Origin: Opitutales bacterium | GTDB taxonomy: Bacteria; Verrucomicrobiota; Verrucomicrobiia; Opitutales; Oceanipulchritudinaceae | NCBI GenBank assembly: GCA_020831485.1 | Contig: JAFIGG010000007.1 | Span: 5,952 to 69,951, forward strand | Length of the DNA stretch: 64,000 nucleotides | Reading direction: 5' to 3' | Shown here: positions 50,526 to 59,833 of the stretch, piece by piece | How positions within the stretch are numbered: the stretch's first letter is position 1 | Layout of the letters: each line of letters opens with the position of its first letter | Notes under the pieces: generated by a model | The model's database searches: none | Told to the model about the DNA's origin: nothing | What the model saw: the letters and a program-made list of their open reading frames with translations, nothing else | Program-made: the position numbers and the translations under genes

Positions 50526-50860
50526 TCCCGGCGGCGGTCCGGACGATCGTCGAGCGGCACAAACTCCCAGCGCTGGCGCTCTGGATTCCAAAACTGCTGC
50601 GTATCTTCAGGCACGTATTCCACCTGCCCCGTGCGGATATTGTAAGCCCGGGTCGGATCCCGATCCACCTCGAATTGCTGTTGCCGGCGAGTGTCCTCAT
50701 TTGCCCGCTTTACCTCGGAAAAATACTGATCCGCCGAGATTTCCCCCCGCAGCAAAGCACCTGTCGGCGAACGACTGTCCCCGGAAAAAGGCCCATTGGC
50801 ACAGCCGACCAGACCCATCAATACCGCTGCTGCCAGCGACCCGTAACCAAAGCATTTCAT
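50522..50860 (-). CDS. Hypothetical lipoprotein
   Basis: From Met48: MKCFGYGSLAAAVLMGLVGC, a signal peptide plus lipobox. A short charged mature domain follows. The stop overlaps the start of the downstream methyltransferase. Confidence 0.6.
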   Translation of the reverse strand: MKCFGYGSLAAAVLMGLVGCANGPFSGDSRSPTGALLRGEISADQYFSEVKRANEDTRRQQQFEVDRDPTRAYNIRTGQVEYVPEDTQQFWNPERQRWEFVPLDDRPDRRRE

Positions 50861-50900
50861 AATGGTCCTAATAAACGGCAATTCTGCCCCTGAATCAAAT

Positions 50901-51311
50901 CTAATTGGATTTCCAATCCCAGACCCATTTGGCCAAAAGCACCAACAGCCAGCCCCCGCAGAGCCCCAGCCATCCCCAGAGCACATCGTCCACCGTCGCA
51001 TGTCGCCCCGGCAGCAGTAATTGCCCTAGTTCCAGCAGCAGCGAAAGCCCCATCAAGCCCGCAAAAAGCACCCAGGCAAACCGCCGGTCCCGCATCACAA
51101 GCCCCAGCACTCCTCCCATTAACCCTAAGCCAAAAAACGGAATCGCCGTCCGCGAATTCGACTGCGCCGCCGCATCCGCCCAGCGAGCAAACCCCTCCGG
51201 CATCCACCCCAACTCCGACAAAAACGGCGACGGCCGCCAAGCTAGGTAAAGGCAGAGCAGGGTGCCGAACACGAGGCAGGTGGCGAATAAGGGAATGAGT
51301 GAAGAACGCAT
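50901..51311 (-). CDS. VanZ-like family membrane protein
   Basis: Four hydrophobic helices and ...ELGQLLLPGRHATVDDVLWGWLG, which matches the VanZ GR.....D pattern. Start set at MRSSLIPLF. Confidence 0.68.
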   Translation of the reverse strand: MRSSLIPLFATCLVFGTLLCLYLAWRPSPFLSELGWMPEGFARWADAAAQSNSRTAIPFFGLGLMGGVLGLVMRDRRFAWVLFAGLMGLSLLLELGQLLLPGRHATVDDVLWGWLGLCGGWLLVLLAKWVWDWKSN

Positions 51312-51339
51312 GGCTGGTATTCCGGAAGGCCAGATATGC

Positions 51340-52491
51340 CTATTTTCCGAGTAAGCTTTCAAATTCAGCTAGATACTGATCAGCTATTCTTGGCAACTCA
51401 AAGAGTTTCGCGCGAGTGTTTGCGCTTCTGGAGGCTTCCTTCCGTGCAGGCTCGTTATCCAGCCACCAGGCAATACAATCGGACAGAAGGCGTTCCCGAT
51501 ATTTTGCTCTAAAATCGAATCTCTGAGCGTGCTTCCCTTCCCCCACGGCATCGTCAAAGCAGCTCATATCGGACACGATCACTGGGCAGCCTTCTGCCAT
51601 CGCCTCTAGAGGCGCCAAGGGGGAGGCTTCACCCTTCTCCGCGAGCGATGGGTAGACAAAAATGGAGGCAGACCTGTAGTAAGCTCTCAGCTGCTTTTCG
51701 TCGAAGATAGGTCCGGTAATGCTGACGGGAGCGTCTATTTGAGTTATCAAAGTCTTCAATGTATTTAAGTAACTTGATCCTCCTCCGCCCTGGTCGACTT
51801 TCCACGGACCCACGAGATTGCATTTGATATGTTTGAACCGAGATTTTAAACGAGTGACTGCACGAATCAACAAGTCGACACCCTTCTCTGGGTGGATCCT
51901 GCCAACAAAAAGCACCTCACCCGAGGCTTTCTGATCAAAGTTCCAGTCAGGAACAGTGTAGGGCAGGGGGTTTGCTATCATGCATATTCTACTTGCCAGC
52001 CCAGGAGCCTGATCTGCAAGGGCATTTGCAATCGGTGTTGACACACTCTGTAAACGAGAAGCTCTCCGATAAAATGAAAACTGATATTTTGGGTAGCGGG
52101 CAATGTGCACCCAAATCTTTCCATGCCGCTTAGGGTTGAATAAGACAGGAGCCCAGAACGTATTTGTCACCACAATATCGGATTCGGTAAGAATCCGTGA
52201 AACGCGGATTGTATATAGAAGATCCAACCATTTGAGCCATAAAAGCGATCGTGGACAATCAGCACCTTTAACCCGAATATGCCTGACTCCTTTTTCGGTA
52301 CTCTCTTTCGGAAGGTCATCACACAACCTTGATACATGAGTAACCGAGTGACCCTTTGTCACGAAATACTCCCCCAGCTGCTTCCATATTTTCTCAATGG
52401 CTCCACCCCTTATTGGAGGAACAGGCAGGAAGGCGCCTTGGACAATGGTTATTTGCATAGTATTTGTCTGTGATGATGAATCAAATTTCAA
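51340..52491 (-). CDS. Glycosyltransferase, GT-B fold (family 4-like)
   Basis: The N-terminus MQITIVQGAFLPVPPIRGGAIEK and the C-terminal half ...FVGRIHPEKGVDLLI...VYPSLAEKGEASPLAPLEAMAEGCPVIVSD (E-x7-E region). Confidence 0.85.
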   Translation of the reverse strand: MKFDSSSQTNTMQITIVQGAFLPVPPIRGGAIEKIWKQLGEYFVTKGHSVTHVSRLCDDLPKESTEKGVRHIRVKGADCPRSLLWLKWLDLLYTIRVSRILTESDIVVTNTFWAPVLFNPKRHGKIWVHIARYPKYQFSFYRRASRLQSVSTPIANALADQAPGLASRICMIANPLPYTVPDWNFDQKASGEVLFVGRIHPEKGVDLLIRAVTRLKSRFKHIKCNLVGPWKVDQGGGGSSYLNTLKTLITQIDAPVSITGPIFDEKQLRAYYRSASIFVYPSLAEKGEASPLAPLEAMAEGCPVIVSDMSCFDDAVGEGKHAQRFDFRAKYRERLLSDCIAWWLDNEPARKEASRSANTRAKLFELPRIADQYLAEFESLLGK

Positions 52492-53276
52492 GTTCGAAGT
52501 CTTTCTATATGTAGATCTAGAAAAGAACCAATTATGGATAATTTGATGATCCGTTTAATGGACCTGTTTTTTGGGCTCAGCATTCGATACCGGTAACCAC
52601 TGTAAATAAATTGAATGTAGTTACGCAGTATCTGGAAATTGATACAAAATCCAGTTTCTGAAATATAACCATTCAGGAAGGCATTGCAATAGATGCTGTG
52701 GTCAGAAAAAAACCGATAGAATCTTTCGAGTGGATGAGGGGTCCAGGTCGCGAAAATAAATGCAGCAATATCCAGATAGTTTAAGTTTCTATAGTAAAAA
52801 TCGAAGAAATTCTCCATTCCTGGCGGAGGTTCGAAATCAAACAATGTAAAATGGCTGTCTCTTATGCAGATGTTCGCGGGAACAAAGTCGGAAAGACAGA
52901 GTATTGGGGATCCCAGATCACTAATCTTAGAATGTAGTTTTCCTAACATTGATCCAGCCGAATGGAAAATATAGGGATCCCAACTAAAACCCATTTTAAG
53001 ATCGTTCACCCAGGTTCTGGTGATGGGTATTCGTTTGAAAACAATGCTATTATAACTACACGACAAAGGCTCAGGGATTGTCAATTTCGCTATATGCTTT
53101 GATCGATTGTGTAGATAACCTGACTTCTCAAATATTAGTTTTATCTGAGCAGGTGTGTATTCCGTCAGGTTCTTCGTGAAAACAGAAGATTGTTGATTTA
53201 GTCTAATATTCACTAAAGATACTTGTGTTTGGAAATCTACAGGATTTCCGAAGTAAGGCCTCTTCGAGTTTTTCAA
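52488..53276 (-). CDS. Aminoglycoside-phosphotransferase/choline-kinase-like (kinase fold) protein
   Basis: IVFKRI (Lys), GSMLGKLH, LCLSDFVPANICI (HxDxxxxN-like loop with Ser in place of His) and TLFDFE (DFE). Confidence 0.5.
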   Translation of the reverse strand: MKNSKRPYFGNPVDFQTQVSLVNIRLNQQSSVFTKNLTEYTPAQIKLIFEKSGYLHNRSKHIAKLTIPEPLSCSYNSIVFKRIPITRTWVNDLKMGFSWDPYIFHSAGSMLGKLHSKISDLGSPILCLSDFVPANICIRDSHFTLFDFEPPPGMENFFDFYYRNLNYLDIAAFIFATWTPHPLERFYRFFSDHSIYCNAFLNGYISETGFCINFQILRNYIQFIYSGYRYRMLSPKNRSIKRIIKLSIIGSFLDLHIERLRT

Positions 53277-53719
53277 TCTGTTGTTCGATGCTGAATCTTC
53301 CTATCTTCTGCCAACCCTTGAAGGCAAAATAAACCTGCCTGTCATTGTTGCGAACCAAATCGATTATTCTTAAAGACATAGAATGAGCCAGTCGGGTAAA
53401 ATTAGACAGGTTGCTTAAATCTCCATTCGCAATGAAGCGCTCCAGGCGGCCCTTCCTTGCTATAGCGTATTGATAAATCAAAAAGCGAAAAACTATATCT
53501 TAAACATAAATTGCAACCTGTCCAAGGAATCGGACCACCTCAAACTTGGTGGCTGGGTAAGGAAATTAATTCATCTACAGTAGATTCTTTTTCCCGAAGA
53601 GTCCATTCAGCATTTTAAACACCTTGCGTTGATTCGCGCGGACGGCAGGGACCATGTTTTTCAACAAGGGTTTTGTTCCCATTAAATGCACTGCAGATCT
53701 ATTCTGTTCAAGTATGAGA

Positions 53720-54330
53720 CTATTCCGTCGGTATCTGATAGAGTCTGTTGAACTCGTCGAGAAGCCCATCGTCGATGAATTCTCTCCAGCGGGTTACAGA
53801 TCGTGAAGTAATGTGGATGGAGATCGTTTTCCACCTGAACCTTTGACATTCTGTTGAAATGATAACGGTCTCCGCGGCTTGTTTGCTAAAGCTTAGATGA
53901 GAGAAGATCTCCTGAAACGTCTCCTGAGGTCGCGTGATCAAGCTTTCGAACGAAATATGTTTAATCGAAGAATGGCGCTCATTCCATTGGTCTAGCGCAT
54001 TGAAGGTCCACAACCCATAGTTCGCCATTTCAAATTGGATACCCGCTCTTTGGTTTCGTATCAATAGGTTGTCCTGGTAGGATTTCCCATTAAGGCCTTC
54101 ATTTTATTTTCGTTTGTATGCTTACGGGTAATGCTCGAGGATATAGGGCCTAGCTACTACCGGTTCCGCATTCGTCACCGTCCAGCCTTCAGTTGATCCC
54201 GGCAGTTCATGATAATGCTTTTCCAAGGTTGCCATTCATACAGCTTGAAAGATTTACCTGTCATTTGGCCAGCTTTCCATTTCTCTTCACTTTTTTTCCG
54301 CATGTCGCTTCGGCAAACTTTCACGATGAA
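53720..54330 (-). pseudogene. Sulfotransferase-like gene remnant; C-terminal half intact, N-terminal half disrupted
   Basis: The 114-aa ORF carries ISFESLITRPQETFQEIFSHLSF (YEDL...P......FLG pattern) and RSVTRWREFIDD (G-W-like motif). Upstream of it, to 54330, I find only short stop-interrupted frames where the PAPS-binding N-terminal half should be. Confidence 0.4.
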
Positions 54331-54331
54331 C

Positions 54332-55405
54332 CTAATTAATAAATGGAAACCTGGACTTGAAACGAAGGCTCAAACTTTGAAGGATATTCCTGTAGAGCAT
54401 TTTAAGATTCAGTCGATGTAGTTTTACAGCACAATAGAAAATTGAAATATACATATTACGTAATGAAGAAACGAGTATATTAGGACGCTCTATTCGATCG
54501 GGCAGGTCATCAAAGCCAAGCAAATTTGCCTCATCCAGCAACTCTTCCCACTGGTGATCCCAGACATCATCCCAGCAATAATTATAAGTTCCATTAATTT
54601 TGAATCGTCTCAGAGATTCGATATCCCACCAGTAGGGTTGTGGTCGCTGCACGGATTGAATGTCAATTCCCGCTTTCTTAAAAGATTGTAAGACATTCGG
54701 ACTAACTGGGGTTACCAGCTTTTCGAGCTCTCGGGTAAATCGAGGAGAGTTCCGTTTCCAGCGTGTGCTCAATTTCACATTCCCGGCATCCTTTTCTCTA
54801 ATAGAATACAATCTGCGTTTGGAGAGCATTGCGCTCAAGGCAAGTGAGTCCAGGTGTGCAAAAGCTATATTTCGACACTGATAGACCTTGCCATCTTGTT
54901 TATTTGGAATTCTTCTGCTATGGAACAGGCTTCCATGAAATGTTGTACCATCGTCGATGTACCCAAGGGGGAACACACTTCCGTATTGTATCCAACGAGT
55001 GTGGCATCCATAGAACGTGGGCTTATCAAATACTAGAGTAGTTCCCGGATCCATAAATTTGATTAAATCCCACTCCTTAAATGATGCTGGAGACGGAATA
55101 AACAATTCGTCTGCATCAATAGCGATAAGAATAGTCTCACGCCCAAACAAACGACGCGCCTCACGAATTAGTAAAGATGAACGGGCATGGTTATCAAATA
55201 ATGAAGAAATATTTTCAACTACATAAACACGATCCTTGTTTCTTGCTATGTCAAGGGATCCGTCTGTCGATTGTTGGTCCGCAATGAGTAGGTAATCGGC
55301 GAATTTCAGGGTGATTTCAATAAATTCATTGAGAATCCACGCTTCATTCTTAACAGGAGTTATAGCAATAACATTTCTCTTGGAATGTGCCATTTTAACT
55401 GCCAA
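54332..55405 (-). CDS. Glycosyltransferase, GT-A fold (family 2-like)
   Basis: IAITPVKNEAWILNEFIEITLKFADYLLIADQQSTDGS and ILIAIDADE (DxD). Confidence 0.72.
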   Translation of the reverse strand: MAVKMAHSKRNVIAITPVKNEAWILNEFIEITLKFADYLLIADQQSTDGSLDIARNKDRVYVVENISSLFDNHARSSLLIREARRLFGRETILIAIDADELFIPSPASFKEWDLIKFMDPGTTLVFDKPTFYGCHTRWIQYGSVFPLGYIDDGTTFHGSLFHSRRIPNKQDGKVYQCRNIAFAHLDSLALSAMLSKRRLYSIREKDAGNVKLSTRWKRNSPRFTRELEKLVTPVSPNVLQSFKKAGIDIQSVQRPQPYWWDIESLRRFKINGTYNYCWDDVWDHQWEELLDEANLLGFDDLPDRIERPNILVSSLRNMYISIFYCAVKLHRLNLKMLYRNILQSLSLRFKSRFPFIN

Positions 55406-56126
55406 TTAGTTTGCGTTTAATCGATAGCCAAAGCATCTTAAATAATTCCCTCAAACGGTAAGGTTTCTTTAGAATTTGATGGTGTACTATCTCGAAGTCC
55501 AAAGGAACAAAAAGTAAATCATCATTAGGTCGTGCCAACTGAATGCATTTTATTCCCTCATCTTTTTTAATGTACAAAGATAAGTTTTGGCGTAGATAAT
55601 ATGGAATGGAAGAATCGAATAAAATCTTTCTCTTGAAGTCCGTCATTTCAACGAATCCATTATCTAGCAATCTCCTGCGCCAATGGGCTGACCATCTTCC
55701 ATTTATATGCCCGACGCCATCTTGTCGGGGCAGGGCAGCAGAGAATAATAAGGCCGATGCAGAGCTGCAAAGCAGTTCAAATACCCGTTCTGCGGCGTCA
55801 GGTGAAAGGTGTTCCAGGCATTCGACACAAATAGCCAGATCAGCTTGGTTGAATTGTTTTTCTCTTTGTTCCAGGTCGCAAAATGTATAATTTTCGGAAT
55901 CAATCAGCAGCTCACGAGTTCTCATGTCTGGATGATCGTAACAGCGGATTCGGGTTGCTTTGAATCGTTCGCGGGCCGCATGTAACCATGCCCCCTGCGC
56001 GCCTCCAACATCGATAATCGAATCAAAATGGCACCGCTTCAATTCAATATGGTCAAATACCTTCCGGGCAATCTCTAGTCTGTGCAGCGGTCTTCCAAAT
56101 GCGTCATTTGGTTTGCATGTTTTCAT
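55395..56126 (-). CDS. Class I SAM-dependent methyltransferase
   Basis: SIIDVGGAQGAW (motif I) and ADLAICVECLEHLSPD (motif II/III). Confidence 0.75.
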   Translation of the reverse strand: MKTCKPNDAFGRPLHRLEIARKVFDHIELKRCHFDSIIDVGGAQGAWLHAARERFKATRIRCYDHPDMRTRELLIDSENYTFCDLEQREKQFNQADLAICVECLEHLSPDAAERVFELLCSSASALLFSAALPRQDGVGHINGRWSAHWRRRLLDNGFVEMTDFKRKILFDSSIPYYLRQNLSLYIKKDEGIKCIQLARPNDDLLFVPLDFEIVHHQILKKPYRLRELFKMLWLSIKRKLIGS

Positions 56127-56169
56127 TATACAGTGGGTTTGGGATATGGAGGGTGGGCGATGCTAGTGC

Positions 56170-57069
56170 TTAAAGGGAATTAACCAAAAGCAGGATGATT
56201 ATGAGTTTGATACTCCGTTGTTTTAAAAAGTATACTGTATCTAAGATGTTTGGAGAGCGAAGAATGCTGATGAAATCCCTAGCTGATTGCTGTATCCAGA
56301 TACGAATTGAAGTTATGAATTTGGGTTTGAGTTCGGGGTGTCGCCGATAAAACAGAAAGGTTGATTCTTTTCTCATCTGAAATTCTTTGAGAAACTTTCG
56401 AGCATGAATTCGCCATGGATGGACGACTTTTGCATCAGCGCAGAACAAGATTAGTGTCTTTAGGTTTATGATACGAGCTCTAAGGTCTACGTCTTCCATG
56501 CAAGGGTATTGAAATTCTTCACAGAACCCATTCAGTTGATTCCAGTAGAAATTACGTTGGATTGCGAAATTGCAGGACCAAAGGTATCCACCGGTCAAAT
56601 TGATCGGAGCAACCTCCCTCAAATAGCGTTTTGGACCCTCGGGTTCGATTCGGCCTTCAATGACGAGTGAATCGGGTGATTGTAGGATGCACTGCCAGTA
56701 GGCATCCAGCAAATCTGGTTTTGGGAGGCAATCGTCATCAAGAAAGACAAGCCAGTTGCCGCGTGCGGCTCGGGCTCCATTATTCCGATTCGCTGCTGGC
56801 CCCTTTCTCGGGCCCTTTTTCCATTGGGTCCATGGGCGTGATGATACGATGGACTTTTCAATTTTTGACTCTTGGCCGTCGTCGCTTATGATGATTTCGT
56901 AGGTGAATGGATGACCTGTCCTTGTCCCTCCAGGGCTGTCGACCGGAGAATCCAGAAGGCCGTTGGTCTGTGCTTCTGGACGGAGCCTATCCAGGCATCG
57001 GCTGAGTTCCTGCGGGCGATTGCAGGTCGGGATGATTATAGAGAAGTCGACCGTATGGGAATTATTCAT
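56170..57069 (-). CDS. Glycosyltransferase family 2
   Basis: FSIIIPTCNRPQELSRCLDRL, IIISDDG, NNGARAARGNWLVFLDDDC. Confidence 0.85.
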   Translation of the reverse strand: MNNSHTVDFSIIIPTCNRPQELSRCLDRLRPEAQTNGLLDSPVDSPGGTRTGHPFTYEIIISDDGQESKIEKSIVSSRPWTQWKKGPRKGPAANRNNGARAARGNWLVFLDDDCLPKPDLLDAYWQCILQSPDSLVIEGRIEPEGPKRYLREVAPINLTGGYLWSCNFAIQRNFYWNQLNGFCEEFQYPCMEDVDLRARIINLKTLILFCADAKVVHPWRIHARKFLKEFQMRKESTFLFYRRHPELKPKFITSIRIWIQQSARDFISILRSPNILDTVYFLKQRSIKLIIILLLVNSL

Positions 57070-57172
57070 ACGTTGTTTTTCGAATAAGGTTCGAGAGGCG
57101 TTGCCTAGGGCCAGTATTCTAGCGGATAGGGTTCATGTTTTGGCGTTAGTAACCAGAGCTTTTTATTGCATC

Positions 57173-57928
57173 TTACTTTGCTACTGGGAATGCAGAAAAT
57201 TCATCCCATTTTCTTGTGTCATCGCCAACCTTTCTGAAAACGGCTATATTGGATATGTTGGTAGGCAATTCTATGAAATCCTTGCGGTTGGAGCGAATGA
57301 AGTTTACTACGGTTTTAATACTGGGCATCCACATATCGTCGAGGATGATCCATCCGCCAACTGTACACACTTGAGCGTACAGATAAAAGTCTACCAATAC
57401 ATCGTCGAATCGATGATTTCCGTCTATAAACACAATATCGAACTTATGTCCGCGTCTTATAATGTCTGAAGCGGTGCGGTCTGAATAATCTTCAATCAAT
57501 TGAAAAATAGCTTTTCCTTCCATTTTTGGGGTACATTCCATGGCCAGACTCAGTCCAATGCCTTTCCAGTGAGTTTTTTGAAATGGATCAATTGCAGTAT
57601 GCTGACCTTTATGGTTTTTCGCAGCTGCAGCGAGAAAAAATAATGTACTGTACCCATAAGCCATTCCTATTTCAAGCGTCGAGGCCGGTTTTTTAGAAAT
57701 GCAGAACTCATATAGCCATAGACCTTGTTCAATCGATATTTTTGTTTCTCCGTCTAACTGATGTAGTTGATTGTCCAGGCCTTTTTGAGGGGCTTCTTGA
57801 TACAACGATAGTAGAAGGTTTCTAAAAGGGGTATCTAGTTTAACTAGAGATTCATGGATGCTGTCTATGGACTTTTTCTCTGCCTTTATTCCCAGCACTC
57901 TCGAGATTTTTCTGATCAGATTCTTCAT
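57173..57928 (-). CDS. Class I SAM-dependent (O-)methyltransferase, Methyltransf_24/CmcI-like
   Basis: TLEIGMAYGYSTLFF, TAIDPF and FDIVFIDGNHRFDDVLVDF. Confidence 0.78.
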   Translation of the reverse strand: MKNLIRKISRVLGIKAEKKSIDSIHESLVKLDTPFRNLLLSLYQEAPQKGLDNQLHQLDGETKISIEQGLWLYEFCISKKPASTLEIGMAYGYSTLFFLAAAAKNHKGQHTAIDPFQKTHWKGIGLSLAMECTPKMEGKAIFQLIEDYSDRTASDIIRRGHKFDIVFIDGNHRFDDVLVDFYLYAQVCTVGGWIILDDMWMPSIKTVVNFIRSNRKDFIELPTNISNIAVFRKVGDDTRKWDEFSAFPVAK

Positions 57929-58241
57929 TTTTGCGGATTAACTTTTGGTTGAATAGATCGAAAGTTGGAAACTTGTTGTTTGAACAGAATGTTTGAAATA
58001 CTGAAACAGAAACGTCGGCCCAGCTATATTTGCAGCTAAAAAGAACGAATTCTTCTAGAAGATATTGTTCGTAAAGTGATTGGAGATCAAAAACCTTCGG
58101 TGCCAACATGTTGGAATTGAAGGTACAATGAACAGGTATGCTGAACATATATTTGTATGAAACAGCCGCTTTGAATAAGGTCTTTGGGGTTATCAACGAC
58201 TGTGCGATTTGCGCTTTGATTGAATCGAGGATACGAATCAA
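57852..58241 (-). CDS. Hypothetical protein (weakly supported)
   Basis: 129-aa ORF filling the only about 310-nt gap in the operon. Its start overlaps the stop of 58238..59107, but its 3' end overlaps the next gene by 77 nt. No family recognised. Confidence 0.3.
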   Translation of the reverse strand: MIRILDSIKAQIAQSLITPKTLFKAAVSYKYMFSIPVHCTFNSNMLAPKVFDLQSLYEQYLLEEFVLFSCKYSWADVSVSVFQTFCSNNKFPTFDLFNQKLIRKNEESDQKNLESAGNKGREKVHRQHP

Positions 58242-59107
58242 GATTTCTTTCGCAGCTCTCTAAGGAACAGGCGAATCGCGCGCTTGAGGCGAAGTGTAAT
58301 TGTATTCCGTTCTTCCGGGATCGAGTTTTGATTTATAAAATCCTCTCGTTCTTCCTTCGACAGATACTGAAAGAATAGCTGCGCGATTGCCTGATCTTCC
58401 TGCATCTTGCGACCTGCCCAGTGGATGAGGTAGGGCTTTTTTTCTTCGTCGACCCAGTATCGGTTGTAGTCTTCGTCCAGATAGTCGCCCGCCCAGGTGG
58501 ACTCCATCTGCATCGGGGTAAGTGTCCGGTTGGTGATGGGAGTTCTTGATAAATTGACTAAAAGGTTGATTCCTGGCTGTTCATGAAATGAATCCTCAAG
58601 GATTGTCCTTCTATACCTTTTATCTGCTGCTACTTTTTTGAGGTCGTTCAACGTGTAGAGTTGTTCCTCGGAAGCGAACTGGCCTGTGTTGAACACACGA
58701 CTCTGCCAGATGGTTGAACGGTTCTGAAGAATCGCGCGAGATTCACTTGTGACAGTTTGGTCCGGGTTGTGCCAGTGCGTGCAAGAGGTGACAAAACCAG
58801 AATGCGGAGAGAGTACGTCTTGAGGGTTTCTAAGGAAGATGACATCGGTGTCGACAAACTGATAGTTGGAGCCCAGCAGAGCTTGGTATTTCCGCATTAC
58901 TGGACGGCGTCCTGCGGTATCTATCCATGAGATAAACTCTGGAATTTCCCACCATTCAGATCCTTCGGGGAGATCGAATCGATCGTCCGAAAAGGGGATG
59001 ACACGAACGGGGAGGTCACAGCCCGTTGCCCGCAGCGATCGTTCCATCGCCCGGAACATGAGTTCCACCGGCTTGCTGGCGAGTGTGATGATTGATTGCA
59101 GTTGCAT
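58238..59107 (-). CDS. Hypothetical protein, possibly a nucleotide-diphospho-sugar transferase (DxD)
   Basis: 289 aa. ...YQFVDTDVIFL (DxD-like) follows a beta-alpha N-terminus (LPVRVIPFSDD). The operon context is glycosyltransferases. The assignment is tentative. Confidence 0.45.
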   Translation of the reverse strand: MQLQSIITLASKPVELMFRAMERSLRATGCDLPVRVIPFSDDRFDLPEGSEWWEIPEFISWIDTAGRRPVMRKYQALLGSNYQFVDTDVIFLRNPQDVLSPHSGFVTSCTHWHNPDQTVTSESRAILQNRSTIWQSRVFNTGQFASEEQLYTLNDLKKVAADKRYRRTILEDSFHEQPGINLLVNLSRTPITNRTLTPMQMESTWAGDYLDEDYNRYWVDEEKKPYLIHWAGRKMQEDQAIAQLFFQYLSKEEREDFINQNSIPEERNTITLRLKRAIRLFLRELRKKS

Positions 59108-59116
59108 TCTATGAGC

Positions 59117-59806
59117 TCAGTTCAATTTCAGCCAGCGCTTCATTTTCTTTCCGGACTGTAGAAACAATCGCCGCCCATTGTTGGCGAGGAATTGCTGGAG
59201 ACGTACCTTTTTGAAATGTTTGCTTTTCCAATGTTCGGCCTCGAGAGCGGGAATTCGTCTACCGGCGACCATGCTGTGTAAGCTCAGGTCGACTAAGGCT
59301 GATTCAACAAAAGCGTCGGGCTTCCGGACACAGATCTCAGTTCCGGGCCCGGTTGGGTCATGCTTAAGGGCTATGAGTTCGCAGTCCTGGAACATTTGCC
59401 TGAAATCGTCCATCGTATAGCGCCAGTAGTCATCCGGATAGCCATGGTAGGGATAGCCGGGGGCGGGAGCCGTTACAATAATCAGGCCACCGGGTTTGCA
59501 GACGGCCTTGATTGAGGAGAGTGACTTCCGCCAATCGGGTGTGTGTTCCATCATTTCCATTGCGATCACTATGTCGAAGGAGTCAGGACCAAACACTTCG
59601 ACCATGTCATTGGCGTCCATGACACGATCAACACTTGGACCCTCCAGAACGTCAATGCCCATGTATTCGACAGGGCTGTAGGACTCCAGGAGCGGGCGAA
59701 TGCTGCCGTTAAAGTCGCAGGAACCAACGTCGATAATTCTCCTGCCCTTGACCTTTTCCGGTGTGAGCATTTTGGCGGTGAAAACGATGTTTGATATTCT
59801 GGGCAT
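59117..59806 (-). CDS. Class I SAM-dependent methyltransferase
   Basis: RIIDVGSCDFNGS, YMGIDV, FDIVIAMEMMEHTPDW and KPGGLIIVTAP. Confidence 0.8.
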   Translation of the reverse strand: MPRISNIVFTAKMLTPEKVKGRRIIDVGSCDFNGSIRPLLESYSPVEYMGIDVLEGPSVDRVMDANDMVEVFGPDSFDIVIAMEMMEHTPDWRKSLSSIKAVCKPGGLIIVTAPAPGYPYHGYPDDYWRYTMDDFRQMFQDCELIALKHDPTGPGTEICVRKPDAFVESALVDLSLHSMVAGRRIPALEAEHWKSKHFKKVRLQQFLANNGRRLFLQSGKKMKRWLKLN

Positions 59807-59833
59807 TGGTGTGGTTTGTTGAGGAGCTTCTGT

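Noticed and set aside
50857-51249. Alternative-frame ORFs (127 aa on the minus strand, 114 aa on the plus strand) over the VanZ-like gene
   Set aside because: The VanZ-like frame gives four clean TM helices and the family motif. The alternative frames are A/G/C- or P/S-rich with no features.
53203-53481. 92-aa ORF overlapping the start of the kinase-like gene
   Set aside because: It has no motifs, overlaps the neighbouring ORF by 74 nt and lies in the decayed segment. It is more likely a remnant or chance frame than a functional gene, so I kept it only as part of the decay observation.
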